This document shows positions 49,948 to 62,141 of a stretch of DNA of 64,000 nt, in pieces. Both the position numbers and the translations under genes were made by a program. Numbering within the stretch: position 1 is the first letter of the stretch; the number at the start of each line of letters is the position of its first letter. This stretch comes from Octopus sinensis (lineage: Eukaryota), in assembly GCF_006345805.1 (NCBI RefSeq), contig NC_042998.1:558001-622000 (forward strand), read 5' to 3'. Under the pieces are notes generated by a model. It saw only the letters and a program-made list of their open reading frames with translations. It ran no database searches and had not been told where the DNA came from.

Positions 49948-50031
49948 CCAGAAGGGAGACAGTGTCCATGTCATTGATCCCTTGAGAGTGTACTGGGACA
50001 AGGGGGGAAAGACCTTACAGCTTATGAGCTG
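49948..50031 (-). other. Candidate 84-nt exon (coding or non-coding)
   Basis: gttacttctactgtag|CAG...CTGG|GTGAGT; only phase 0 is open (QLISCKVFPPLSQYTLKGSMTWTLSPFW). Confidence 0.25.
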
Positions 50032-50580
50032 CTACAGTAGAAGTAACACATCAACAGATTGAGTTATTATCAGATTGGTGACCGAACCCAAGTGCTTACA
50101 ATAAAACGATTCTGTTAACCCTTAAACATTCAGATTATTCTGCCAAATGCAATGTTTATTCACATTGTCATGAATTAACCACGCATTATCTCATAGCTTA
50201 GATTTGGTGATGTAACTGTTAATTTTTAGAATGACATTGTATGGTTGGTTTAAGAGGCCTGATCTATCTGGTTTGAACATACAATAGGTAGAATACTTTG
50301 GCTGGATATGGCCGGTTTAAATGTTATCTGTTGTTAGGGTTCAGTGAATTCTGCTAAAGACACCCAATATTCAGGCAGTGGTTGTACTGTAATAGATTAG
50401 ATCTAACACACAACAGGTTTCAGTACAGTTTTACTCACAAGAGTTGGTTTGATTTGACACTGTGGTAGAAGGCACTTGCCTAAGGTGCTGCATGGTATGA
50501 CCAACACTGGTTGCATGCAAATGCAAAGGGAACTTCTAAATTTATGTGACTATATATGATAGATGTAAAAAAGGAAATAG

Positions 50581-50959
50581 CTTATATATATAAAGCTGAA
50601 GTTGTCTGTGTGTGGCAGGTTTGGTAGCCTTCAACTGACACTATCTCCTCCGAGAGCCTGCAGCACAAGTTGACCAAAATTGAAAGTATGATAGAAGGCT
50701 TGCTCTTCCTTCAGTAGAAGAAAAAATTCACATCGGACCATTTTTTTACATTAAAAAGGTGCTTTTTTTCTATGAAAATCCTGATTTTTTACGATTTTTT
50801 TACTGCTGTGTCGCCATTTTTCGGTGTATTTCAACCAGAAAAATGTTCACTTAAAGAGAATAACAAGCTACATAATGCAAAATTTTTACTTTTCAAAAAT
50901 TCCAATTCTAAAGAGTCGAAAAGAAAACAAACCCGAGCAACGCCAGGCAATACTGCTAG
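50581..50959 (+). mobile_element. Helitron family G, complete
   Basis: tatatatataaagctgaag start; cccgagcaacgccagg hairpin; CTAG|T end at 50956-50960. Confidence 0.9.
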
Positions 50960-51706
50960 TTTGTGATAGATTCAAGTGTGGGGAGAAAACTAGAAATATA
51001 AACTGGAATTACTGATGTGTATTTTTTCATCTCAGAACAATGAAAGGCAAAGTCACCATAAGTTGACCAATACCTTATGAATGAAACAAAAACTGTGTGG
51101 AAACCTGTCATGTGAGTGTACATACATGTGTGTGTGTATGCAGCAGGCATGGCTGTGTAGTAAGGAGTTTCTATTGCAACCACATGACTCTGGATTCAGT
51201 CCCACTGTTTGGCACTTTGGGCAGGCATCTTCTTCTATATCCTCAGGCCAACCAAGGCTTTATGAGTGGATTTGGAAGATGAAAAATGAAAGAAGCCCGC
51301 CATATATGTGTGTATAGAAGATATGAGGAGTTTTTGTCAAGGTGACTCAAACTAATAGGTACACATTTTTAGTGCTCAAATAGGTGTCTCCTCAAAATTC
51401 CTGTTAAAACAGTGGCTGAAGTTGTGGTTGTGTGATTATCTTCTTCAAAAACAGCTAGAGGTGGCATCCCTTTGAGCCAGTAAGTATAGGTTAAAGTAGT
51501 GAGGAAATGCAAACAGGTAATGCAGGGAAAGGACATTTAATTTCATTTAATTCAATCAGAAATTTAGCTTCATAACGAATGGTAAAATAGTACAAAATAG
51601 TAAAGATATATGATAAATAAATAAATATGATAAATAAATAAGTCAACATTTTAATATCCTAAAGCTGATGAACCAACTAATGTGCTTCTACATTTTCTTA
51701 TTTGCA

Positions 51707-51753
<47 letters not shown>

Positions 51754-52324
51754 TGAGTGTGTGTGTGTGTCCTTGCTTTGACGTTGCATGATAGTTGTAA
51801 AGAAAAATGCTACCATCACGCAAGTAGTGTCCCCCATTTTCACTCTTTTATGTAAACATATCAGGTTCCTGAAGAAATGTTACCTTACCTGAAAACAAGT
51901 GGGGGTTAGTGACAAGATGAGCACCTGGCTGTAGAAATCCACCTCAACAAATTCCATCTGACCCATGAGAGTATGGAAAAGTGCAACTTAAAAATGATAT
52001 GATGATGATATATGTGTGCATGCTATGGTGGTCTCCAACCACCACTTGATAACCAGTGTTGCTTTGTTTATGTCCTTGTAACTTAGTGGCTTGGCAAAAG
52101 AAACCCATAGAATAAGTACCAGGCTTAAAAATAAGCACCGGGATCAATTTACTCAAGTAAACCCTTTAAGGTGGTCCTTGTAACTTAGCAAAAATAACCA
52201 ACAGCATAAAATATAAATACTGGGGTTGGCTTGTTTGACTAGGCTTTTTAAGGTGTGCCCCAGCATGACCACAGATCAATGACTGAAACAAGCCACAAAA
52301 TAAGAGGAAAAAGGTTCTTTAAAA

Positions 52325-52616
52325 TAGTGGATCCCAAAGTGGGCAGTACTGCACTGCTGGGGACAGTGGAAAAATTCAGTGGGGTGTTGAAGAAAAGTGG
52401 GGCAATAATAGGGTGGTTAAGAGGGCAATGGATGTAAAAACAACAAAATCATGGGTTAATTAGGTTAAATTTTATTGTTTTATTAGTGAAATACAGTTGT
52501 TTTAAATTTGCTGCAGAAAAAGGTCTATGTTTGTGATGGTAAATGGTGGTGGGGGTGTTAGGAACGTGGCCTGAGTTCCAAGGAGGCAGCAGCCCCAAAA
52601 AGTTTGGGAACCAATG
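52325..52616. mobile_element. hAT-type MITE
   Basis: TIR tagtggatcccaaa / tttgggaaccaatg; imperfect 8-bp TSD ctttaaaa / ctttacag. Confidence 0.75.
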
Positions 52617-52995
52617 CTTTACAGAATGTATTTGGTCCCCACACCACATGAAAGCTGCAGCTGGCTTGTTTACACTCTGACCTTCACTTAGCAGTTTGAA
52701 AAAAATGATTGATAAAATAAGAACCTGATTTTAAAATGAGTACTGGAGTTGATTTGTCTGACTAAAAACCCTTCAAGGTGGTGCCCCAACATGGCCACAA
52801 TGGGTGAAACAAGTAAAACATAAAAGGTATAGATCTAATCAAGCTGATACAAAAATATATGCAGAAATCAAACTTCCTTACTATTCCATATAAAGTAATG
52901 TTACAGGTCAATGTATTGTTTTGTTTGGTTTTGTTTCCGTCACATTCATAACATGCTTTGAATAGTGTCACTCCTTCGTTTGTTCTCTCATCCAG

Positions 52996-53126
52996 AATAG
53001 CACCAATCTGCATTCAGTATCAAAGCCCAACCACACTCACCACCTGTAATTTCGTCAGCTCAATCATAGACAACTTTCAAAGCTACAAGTTTCAATTACT
53101 TGAAATAGTACAGGGTATAATTTCAG
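52996..53126 (+). CDS. Candidate exon, possibly the middle of a Hook/NuMA-type CH-like domain
   Basis: ttcgtttgttctctcatccag|A...TCAG|GTAATT; 131 nt, phase 2 to 1, only this frame is open: IAPICIQYQSPTTLTTCNFVSSIIDNFQSYKFQLLEIVQGIIS. Confidence 0.35.
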
Positions 53127-53190
53127 GTAATTATATAGTAACTTTTACCTATGGATTCACATTACCAGCAGATCTAGGTTAGGTTGAAAT

Positions 53191-53226
<36 letters not shown>

Positions 53227-53269
53227 TCAACTGACATAATTTATGTCTAGGGGTGTTCAATGTCGATTT

Positions 53270-53309
<40 letters not shown>

Positions 53310-53399
53310 GCTACTGCAATATAGATGTCAGTTACCACCATATAAGCAGTGTCATGCATTATCAGTCTTCCATGAAAACAATTCTGGTCAAAAGTGAAA

Positions 53400-53880
53400 T
53401 AAGATCATGTTTGAAAATAAGAACCATCATTTGTCGGGTGCAAGATAGAAGACTGTGCTGCTACGATCATGTGATGCACATGGACAAGGACAGCTGTGTA
53501 AAGAAGAGCTGATCTTTAACTGTGGAGGGAAACTGTGGAACGGGTAGACCCAGTAAGGCATTGGATGAGGTAATGAAATATGATGGTTGGTTTTTGAGTC
53601 TCACTGAGGTGATGACAAGTGACTGAAACTTCTGGTGATTTGCTGTGTTTGAGAAGAGCCATCAAGCTAAGTGAAGTCGTGGTAATGGCCATTGCTAGAG
53701 ACATATAAAAGGCAACCAGTACACTCTTGGAGTGGTTAGCATAAGGAAGGGCATCCAGCTTTAAAAACCAAGCTGAAACAGAGCCTAGTGCAGCTCTCTG
53801 GTTTACCAGCTCCAGTCAAACCATCCAATCCATGCCAGCATGGAAAATGGATGTTAAATGATGATGATGATGATGATGAT
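53400..53880 (+). pseudogene. RTE LINE C-terminus plus 3' UTR/tail
   Basis: RRLCCYDHVMHMDKDSCVKKS*SLTVEGNCGTGRPSKALDEVMKYD..FAVFEKSHQAK*, followed by the common (gat)n tail. Confidence 0.85.
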
Positions 53881-54195
53881 GTGTTGGCAACAGAAGAGGC
53901 ATTTGATTGCCTTCAGTGTATGTCTTCTTCTACTCTCGGACATATCTTATGTCTGCTATACTTCATCTTTAATACTCCACCTATCTGCCATCATTCTCAA
54001 CACGCTTCCATATCCACCACGAATGCTCCAACCACCTTTGTTGTCCCACTCATCAGAGCCAGCCTGATGTACCTCTCACTTCTATCACTGCCACTGTTCA
54101 TCTCATGTTGAGGGACTGGAGCTAAAACCATGTGATTGGGAAGCAAGCTTCTCACCACATAGCTATGCTTCTCTCTCTCTTTCTCTTACTCTCAA

Positions 54196-54517
54196 GGAGC
54201 ACTCCATCGGTTTCAATGACGAGGATCCCAGCTGATACGATCAACGGAACAGCCTGCTTATGAAATTAACATATAAGTGACTGAGCAATCCACAGACACG
54301 TGTATCCCTAACGTAGTTCTCAGGGAGATACAGCGGGACACAGAGTGTGACAAGGCCGGCCCTTTGAAATACAGGTACTACTCATTTTTGCCAGCTGAGT
54401 GGACTGGAGCAACGTGAAATAAAGTGTCTTGCTCAAGGACACAACGCGTCGCCGGGAATTGAACTCACGATCTTATAATCATGAGCCGAATGCCCTAACC
54501 ACTAAGCCACGCGCCTT
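54196..54517 (-). mobile_element. SINE family C, full length (tRNA head plus a conserved central domain)
   Basis: ggcgcgtggcttagtggttagggcattcggctcatga...gagttcaattccc...tccttgagcaagacactttatttcacgttgctccagtccactcagctggcaaaaatgagta (Meta-domain-like, recalled). Confidence 0.9.
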
Positions 54518-54664
54518 CACACACACATACACTCCGCCCTCCCCTCTCTCTCTATATATATACACACACACACACATAGGCGTCTCTACATATATATATT
54601 CATGCGTTACACACATATATATATATATGCAAATATACACACACATACGCACACACATATATAA

Positions 54665-54699
<35 letters not shown>

Positions 54700-54704
<5 letters not shown>

Positions 54705-55090
54705 TTTGTTTTAAACACCAGACTGCGGCCATGCTGGGGCACTGTTTTGATGAATTTTTAGTCGAATGAATTGAACCCAGTGCTTGTATATTTTTAAGTC
54801 TGGTTTTTACTCTATCCGTCTCTTTAGCCGAACCGCTATTTTACGGGGATGTAACCACACCAACACCGGTTGTGAAGCAGTAGTGTGTGTGACAAAGACA
54901 AAAACACACACACACATAAATAGATATATATATACGACGTTCTTTCAGTTTCCGTCTATTAAATCCACTCATAAGGCTTTGGTCGACCTGGGTTTATAGT
55001 AGACGACACTTGCCCAAGGTGCCACACAACGGAACCGAACCCGGAACTATGTGGTTGGGAAGCAAACTTCTAACCACACAGCCATACCTG
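54700..55090 (-). mobile_element. SINE family A
   Basis: Reverse-complement match to the reference copy. Confidence 0.87.
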
Positions 55091-55392
55091 CATCTATCTA
55101 TCTATCTATAAAATGAGAGAGAGAGGGGGAGATGAATACGCACACACATATACAGAATGGTAGATAGATAGATAGACAGAGAGAAATTGAGAGACGGAAG
55201 GAAGAGCATGACAGATAGCCAGCCAGATCAATAGACTGAGGTACTGGTAGACAGACATAGATAGACCGGTAGCCATAAAGATAGACCGGCAGACATATAG
55301 GCAGAGAGGCACACAAGCCGACAAAGAGAGACAAGCAGATAGAGCGACAGACATATAGATAGAATAATTGACAGGGAAACCGATAGATCGAT

Positions 55393-55429
<37 letters not shown>

Positions 55430-55439
55430 AATTCTGATA

Positions 55440-55640
55440 AAAGTATTCTAATTTTGGCACAAGGCCAGCAGTTTTGAAGGGAATGGGCAGTCGATTACAT
55501 TGACCTCAGAGCTCGACTGATACTTGTTTTATCAATGAAAGCAAGGCTGTGTCAGCGGAATTTGAACTCAGGACGTGAAGGGCCGGAAAAAATGCCGCTA
55601 AGCATTCTCTCCGACGCATTAAAGGTTCCGCGAGCTGGCC
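55440..55640 (-). mobile_element. SINE family B
   Basis: cggaatttgaactcaggacg...ccgctaagcatt. Confidence 0.75.
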
Positions 55641-55865
55641 GCCTAAATTTTGATAGACAACAATATAGATAGGAAGGCAGAAAGAGAGAGAGCTAGATAT
55701 AGGAGAGGTTAGAGAGATTGATAGGCAGACAAACGATAGAGATATCGATAGAGACATACACACAGATAAAGAAGAAAATAGACAGACAGGCAGATAAATA
55801 CGCAAACAGAAAGGTACATTGATAGATGGAGATAGACGGATGTGCGTTTATGCACACACACATCT

Positions 55866-55901
55866 AGCTAGCTAGCTAGATAGATAGATAGATAGATAGA
55901 C

Positions 55902-55992
<91 letters not shown>

Positions 55993-56005
55993 GATAGATA
56001 GATAG

Positions 56006-56044
<39 letters not shown>

Positions 56045-56077
56045 GATAGATAGATAGATAGATAGATAGAGAGATAG

Positions 56078-56120
<43 letters not shown>

Positions 56121-56197
56121 GAGATAGATAGATAGATAGATAGACAGACAGAGAGATAGATAGATAGATAGATAGATAGAGAGACAGACAGATAGAG

Positions 56198-56232
<35 letters not shown>

Positions 56233-56405
56233 TAGAGAGATAGATAGACAGATAGACAGACAGACAGATAGAGAGATAGATAGACAGATAGACAGACAGA
56301 CAGATAGAGAGATAGATAGACAGATAGATAGATAGACAGACAGATAGAGAGATAGATAGACAGATAGATAGATAGACAGACAGACAGATAGAGAGATAGA
56401 TAGAC

Positions 56406-56436
<31 letters not shown>

Positions 56437-56441
56437 TAGAG

Positions 56442-56472
<31 letters not shown>

Positions 56473-56665
56473 CAGATAGATAGACAGATAGATAGATAGA
56501 GAGAGAGATAGATCGAGAGAGACAGATAGATATATATATAGATCGATCGATCGATACATACATACATACATACATACGAACGTACGTACATACATACATA
56601 CATACATACATACATACATACATACGTATATACATACGTACGTACGTACATACATACATACATAC
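55866..56665. repeat. ~800-bp (GATA)/(GACA)/(CATA) tetranucleotide array
   Basis: Direct reading. Confidence 0.97.
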
Positions 56666-56788
56666 ATAGATGGGTCTTCGCATAATTTCTATATTCCGAA
56701 TTGTTCTCACGAAGTTCTGGTTGTTTAAGAACTCTGATGGAAGACATCTGCCCATGAAGCCATGCTCTGGGACAGAACTCAGTAATAC
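56666..56788 (-). CDS. Candidate 123-nt symmetric exon, product unknown
   Basis: atagcatacag|GT...CTAT|GTATGT; the phase-1 frame gives (G)[40 protein letters not shown]; the phase-0 frame is also open; the polypyrimidine tract is weak. Confidence 0.35.
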
Positions 56789-56977
56789 CTGTATGCTATA
56801 CATACAAATTACGAACTAATAACATTCCTCTCCCACGTGCGAAACTGAGAATTACCAATTGATTGATAACTGATGAAGAATTAGGGACCTTCTGTGTCTG
56901 TCACCCGTCCCGTTGCACACTCACTATACATTGTCATTTGTTTATTTACCATACATTTTTTTCATTTAAAGTGTGTA

Positions 56978-57014
<37 letters not shown>

Positions 57015-57105
57015 GTGTGTGTGTATTACGGGGAAACCATGTGTGTGAATAAAAAAGAAACTACCCAGTGTGTATGATGGCAGTTTTATAAGCTTTATTT
57101 CAATG

Positions 57106-57153
57106 GTTACCGACAACTTGTATGATGTTTCCTCTTTGCAAGTTGTCGGAAAC
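57106..57153 (+). ncRNA. miRNA-precursor-like hairpin (candidate)
   Basis: ccgacaacttg (57110-57120) pairs perfectly with caagttgtcgg (57139-57149); extended by a G.U and an A-U pair and by gtt/aac. Confidence 0.3.
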
Positions 57154-57545
57154 AAGAATTTGATAATTGTCATAGTTGGGGGCCCAGTCAATGGAATTGA
57201 ACCAGGAATCACTTGGTTCGCTACTGCTTTCAAATATGTTTTAACAGACCCCACCCCATCCGCACCCCGTGTTTGTATGGACCAGCGCCTATTTATTACT
57301 GGCTTCCGTGCAGAGTTTAAGCGGATAGTCAAAATCTCTGGCTGCTCTTGTCTCCCTCACACACACACACACACAAATACATTACTTGAAGTTTCAGACA
57401 GAAAAAGGAAAAATAAAATGGAAAAAATTAATAAAATAAAAAAGAGAATGTTTCATTGTTCGGGCACTTAATTCTGAAAGATGTGTGTGTGTGTGTATTT
57501 GTGTGTATGGGGTGGGGTTCGTTGGTAGGTTTTGTGGGTGGGTTT

Positions 57546-57578
<33 letters not shown>

Positions 57579-59129
57579 CGTGTGTGTAAGGTTGTAAGAT
57601 TTTTAGCACGATTTGTGCACGGGTAGCAAATATAATTGGATCGTAAGTATAATATAAGCCCCACTGAAGAAGCATTTTTGTGACCATCGGAGTAGCTAGA
57701 AGTAGCAGCTAAATCTCCTTCAAATCACGCTCCTGCCGTATCAAATAGGGAAAGGACACACTGGGTAACGCTTAGAGATACTCTTAAAAAGATGGGATGG
57801 TCACGGTTGGAATGTCAACCGTAACCATCTCATAGGTCCGCTTAATCAAAGTACACTTCGGCTTAAACGACTGGCCCTGTGTGGTCGCGAGAACTACTGA
57901 AAGAGTTAGTACATCCCCTCAAACTGCACTTTAAGATCTTAAAAAAGACAGCAGAAAATGTTATCGAAGATATTCAGACCGAATCTAAGATGGAACGTCC
58001 ATGGCTTGATTGCTTTGATCACAGGCCTTGCTTGGTCACAGCTGACCTGAGGCTAAACTACAGGCAGCTATTTTATTGATTACAAGTGAACTGAAAGAAT
58101 ACATATACCTATTTATCTATGTATGTAACAAACACGATATCTAATTTTATTTGGTTGAAATATCTGCGTATGTGAGTGAATGATCAGACCTCAACGGTGT
58201 GAGGGCAACGGGAAGATAGTGAGGACACCAGAAACAGACGACGGATATTGGGTATTACGCACACACACACGTTTCACATCGTGTGCGTGTGTGTGTATAA
58301 GGGAAAGAAAACAGAAATCAAGTCGTACGAACCAGTGGTTTATGTGTATATACATGCTACAAGGACACTTGTGTGTTTATATGAGAACCTCAGTTCATCA
58401 CACACACATACACACACACACATACGCATAGTCACGTATGCATGTGTGTGTGTGTGTGTATGTGCAGATTTAAAAGAAAACCACACACACATACACACAC
58501 GAGTCCTAGTGCGTGAGATTATTAGAAACCTCTATGAGCTGTGTATGTGTGTTTGTCTACCTCTGTGGCAGTTTGTACATTTCTATGTATAATTGTTTGA
58601 GTGTGAGATAGTATGTGTGAGGGACTGAAAACTGCAGGGAAGCCAAAGGACTTCGGTACAAGTCTCTGTTTCTCTCTCTCTTTATCTGTGTGTGTCTGTC
58701 TCTCTAAATAGCAGAAAAAACGACACTTATACGCAGACATGTGAATTTGTTTCTTTTTTCCCTTTTTCTCTCGCTCATACAAGCAAACACACCAAGACAC
58801 GTGTGTTGTTTTCTCCGCATGCACGCAACACGTAAAATACACACACACACACGATTTGACAGTGTAAAGAAAGACCATCGAATCTCCGGACACGTTCCGA
58901 AGAGGCAGGAAAAAAATGACAGTATTTTGCAAGCTTAGTTTAGAGAATGGAATGAAATCGAACTGTCTGATGAAAATACTGATAAGACAGCAAAGCTACG
59001 TTAATATATATACATATATATATATATAATACAATCAGAAACAAAAGATAGGGATGGAAGTGACAAAATACAATAAAGAAATAAATAAAATAAAGAAATA
59101 AGAAGAAAAATAGATAGACGGACAGACAT

Positions 59130-59203
59130 AGCGACAGATGCAGCCAAAACAGCGGAAGATGCTTTGGAATCAGGGGAATATTCCGCGCTCGACCAATTCC
59201 CAC
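59130..59203 (-). CDS. Candidate exon (donor uncertain)
   Basis: Good acceptor gtatttcttcag|GT; phase 1 reads GGNWSSAEYSPDSKASSAVLAASVA...; no clean donor. Confidence 0.25.
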
Positions 59204-60338
59204 CTGAAGAAATACGATTGGCACCAAATATAAAAATGTTTTCGTTCTTTCTTTGCAATTCACACACACACACACACAATTGCTGGGTAGGTTTGAAGCA
59301 AAGTGAAACTCCTTAGTTTTTCAGACACAATGCGCGCGTACACACACACAAAATTAAATTATCGTTTTAGCAGAAATAGATTAGTTCGAGGAGACCACCT
59401 TGGGTCGGTGAACATTTAATTCAGATTAACAGTGGCTACTTTTAAAGAGATTACATCTTAAATACATATACATTGCACAAATAGAGGTTTAGCGTGGTCA
59501 GTTTCTTTTCTCTCTCTCTCTTTTTGAGATCTATATTAGAACGACTGCTTCTGTTAAGGTTACATGTGACCACTCGATAAAAATTGTCTCGGTGGTCAGT
59601 TAATAGAAAAATATTTACAGAAATACTTCGCAACTGATTTTCTGTGTTTGTGTGTGTGTGCCATATATCGATGAACACAAGATCATAATTATTGAAAGAT
59701 CTTCATATAACTGTTGTATTTACTCTGTGCGTGTGTGTGTGTGTGTGTGAGTGGGGTAAAATATCCGCATGGGGTGTAAACGAAGCTAAACACTGATAGG
59801 TAATCGGCTGATCGAATGGATGAACGTATGGAATGGCTGGTATTAATTTGTACCTCAGACCACATGAGAAAGAGTAAAGATAGAGAGTAGCGATAAAAAC
59901 CTGACTCTATTACACCAATATAGCACTGTCTGCTATATTATAAGGGTACAATGTTTCGAAGTCATTATATATAATTGTTGTTTTGATCGATGTTTATCAA
60001 TGCAGCCACACAAAATCAATACCTGTGTGAATGCATGCATGTTTGTATGTATGTGTGTGTGTGTATGTGTATGTGTGTGTGCGTGTGTGTGTAAACAGTA
60101 CAGTCCAAGGAGATGTCACGGAAAGGGGGGGTGGAGTAAGTAATGAGAAAACCGAAAGTGTTGAGCGAGACCCTAAAGTAAAAAAACAAAAACAATAGCA
60201 ACAGAAGCGATGATAACAACAAGCTGGAAAAGGGAGTCAAGTGCAAAATAGTGTCTGTGTGAGGCAGAGAGAGAGAGAGAAAGAAGAAGAAAAGAGAAGA
60301 GGTTGGAAAATGGCAAAAAAGAGGGTTCGGACACCTAC

Positions 60339-60420
60339 CGTTCAATATGCATGTTAGAAGTAAGAATAAAATGTGGCCATAGTTGTTAGCTGGTCCCATG
60401 CCGGTAAAAACTGCTGACAT
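60339..60420 (-). CDS. Candidate first coding exon encoding a signal peptide
   Basis: ATG at 60420 with an upstream in-frame stop; MSAVFTGMGPANNYGHILFLLLTCILN(G); donor ACG|GTAGGT, phase 1. Confidence 0.45.
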
Positions 60421-61908
60421 TCGAGTAAATCTGGTACATCCAACATGCTTTTAAACGTGTTTTACAATACACTGCAGGTTCACCGGCTTCAATAGCGGTA
60501 AACTGGCTCGATTTGATAGCAGCATAGTCCAATGTTGGCCGACCTATTCGACGCTCCTTCCTACTCTCAATCTATCTGACGTATACAACTCTCCCACTAA
60601 GCCTTTGTCTTTCTCTCTCTATCACTCCCTCTCTCTCTCTCTCTATCTGTCACTCTTGTACGCTTTCTCTCTTTCGGTCACTTTTACTTACCACCTCTCT
60701 CTCTCTCTCTCTCTCTCTCGCCTTCTCTCTCACTCTTTTCACTTTTCTATTCGCTCACTCTCTGTCTATTAATTTCCATCTAGCTTTCTTTTCCCGACCT
60801 GCTTTAACTCCTCCGTCACTTAGTCTATATGTTTGCGTGTGTATATATCTATACATATATTTATATATCTCTTTTCGCTTTTCTACACTTTCTCTCTCTC
60901 CCCCTGTCACTCATCAGCCTCCTCTTTCACTGTCTTATCGCTTTGACGCGCTTAGCTCTGCAGTCAGCTTAGCTTAACGTCTCTGGCTCTCTCTCTCTGT
61001 CACTCTTTCTCTCTCTCTGTCACTCTTCTGCACACACATACACAATCTATCTCCCTCTCTCTGATGCACTTAAATCCAATCTGTCAGTTACCATATGTCT
61101 CTAATTCCCCCACACATAACATTTACTCTTTCCAACTCTTCCTCTCTTTCCGTTTTGTTTTTACTCCCGTTCAGTTTTTTTCTTTTTTTTCTATTTGTGT
61201 GAATGAGAGAGTAAAAAAGAGAGACGCTTTCTGGCTGATTGTATCTTTATCTCTCTCTCATTAAGTCACAAAAAGTGCGCTTTCCACAGAGCTTTAGTTA
61301 TTTTCCTTTCACACACTTACACACGTTTTCTCTTGCTTTTCTCTCTCTCTTTTTCTGTCGCGTCCGACACCTCTGTCTTTTCTATTTACCCTGTTTTGCT
61401 CTTCTTTTCTTCTTCTCTCTCTCTTTCGGATCTTCGGGGTTTAGATTGTTACCTTTCGCCTCAATTGGAAGACAACGGAATACAGGGAATTGAAGACAAC
61501 GAATACGGAAAAGTAGGAGAACTCAAAGGTTATGTTTTTGTTTAGTAAGATCCAAGCGACGAAAGGGAAGAGTCGGTCGGCAGATGACTTTGGTGGGAAT
61601 ACGGGTGTCTATGACAGCAGCAAAGCTGTTTGGGACTAACGAAGTGTCCGCGAATCTAGAGGTGGACGTTTGTGGCCGGATGGGTTGTGTTGGCTTGGTC
61701 TGGCCGTTACAAATCGATGGCTTATAATAGATATATGGATATGAATATCTATTTGTCTTCATGTACGCACATTGCATAGGTGGGTGCGTGTGCGAGCTTG
61801 TACTTCGTCTGTAAGGAAACAGGGATTATACAGGTTCTCGTGAAAGACAAACAAATGATTGCGTTTCTATAAACACGGGTATATGCAATATGTGTGTGTG
61901 TGTGCGTG

Positions 61909-61949
<41 letters not shown>

Positions 61950-62106
61950 TATCTGGAAGTGGGAGAGAGAATAATAGACGTATCCAAATGGAGTATTTAT
62001 GAACTATAGACAGGGGTAGCAGAGTCAAAATGGGTGGATGAATGGTGGTTGTTTGTGTCAAGACTTAGTAACTCCTTTGCGAAAAGGAAGCACGACTGCT
62101 GTAGGG

Positions 62107-62141
<35 letters not shown>

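Noticed and set aside
55868-56667. 263-311 aa LSIY-repeat ORFs
   Set aside because: Translations of (GATA)n; only the unique 123 nt is kept as an exon candidate
56946-57471. Overlapping 128 and 133 aa ORFs on both strands
   Set aside because: No recognisable homology or proper acceptor; part resembles a decayed SINE A head on the minus strand (ggttcaattcc)
59236-59286. MFSFFLCNSHTHTHNCW with a GTAGGT donor, echoing the HOOK first exon
   Set aside because: The helix-coding part is an (AC)n microsatellite; coincidence is likely
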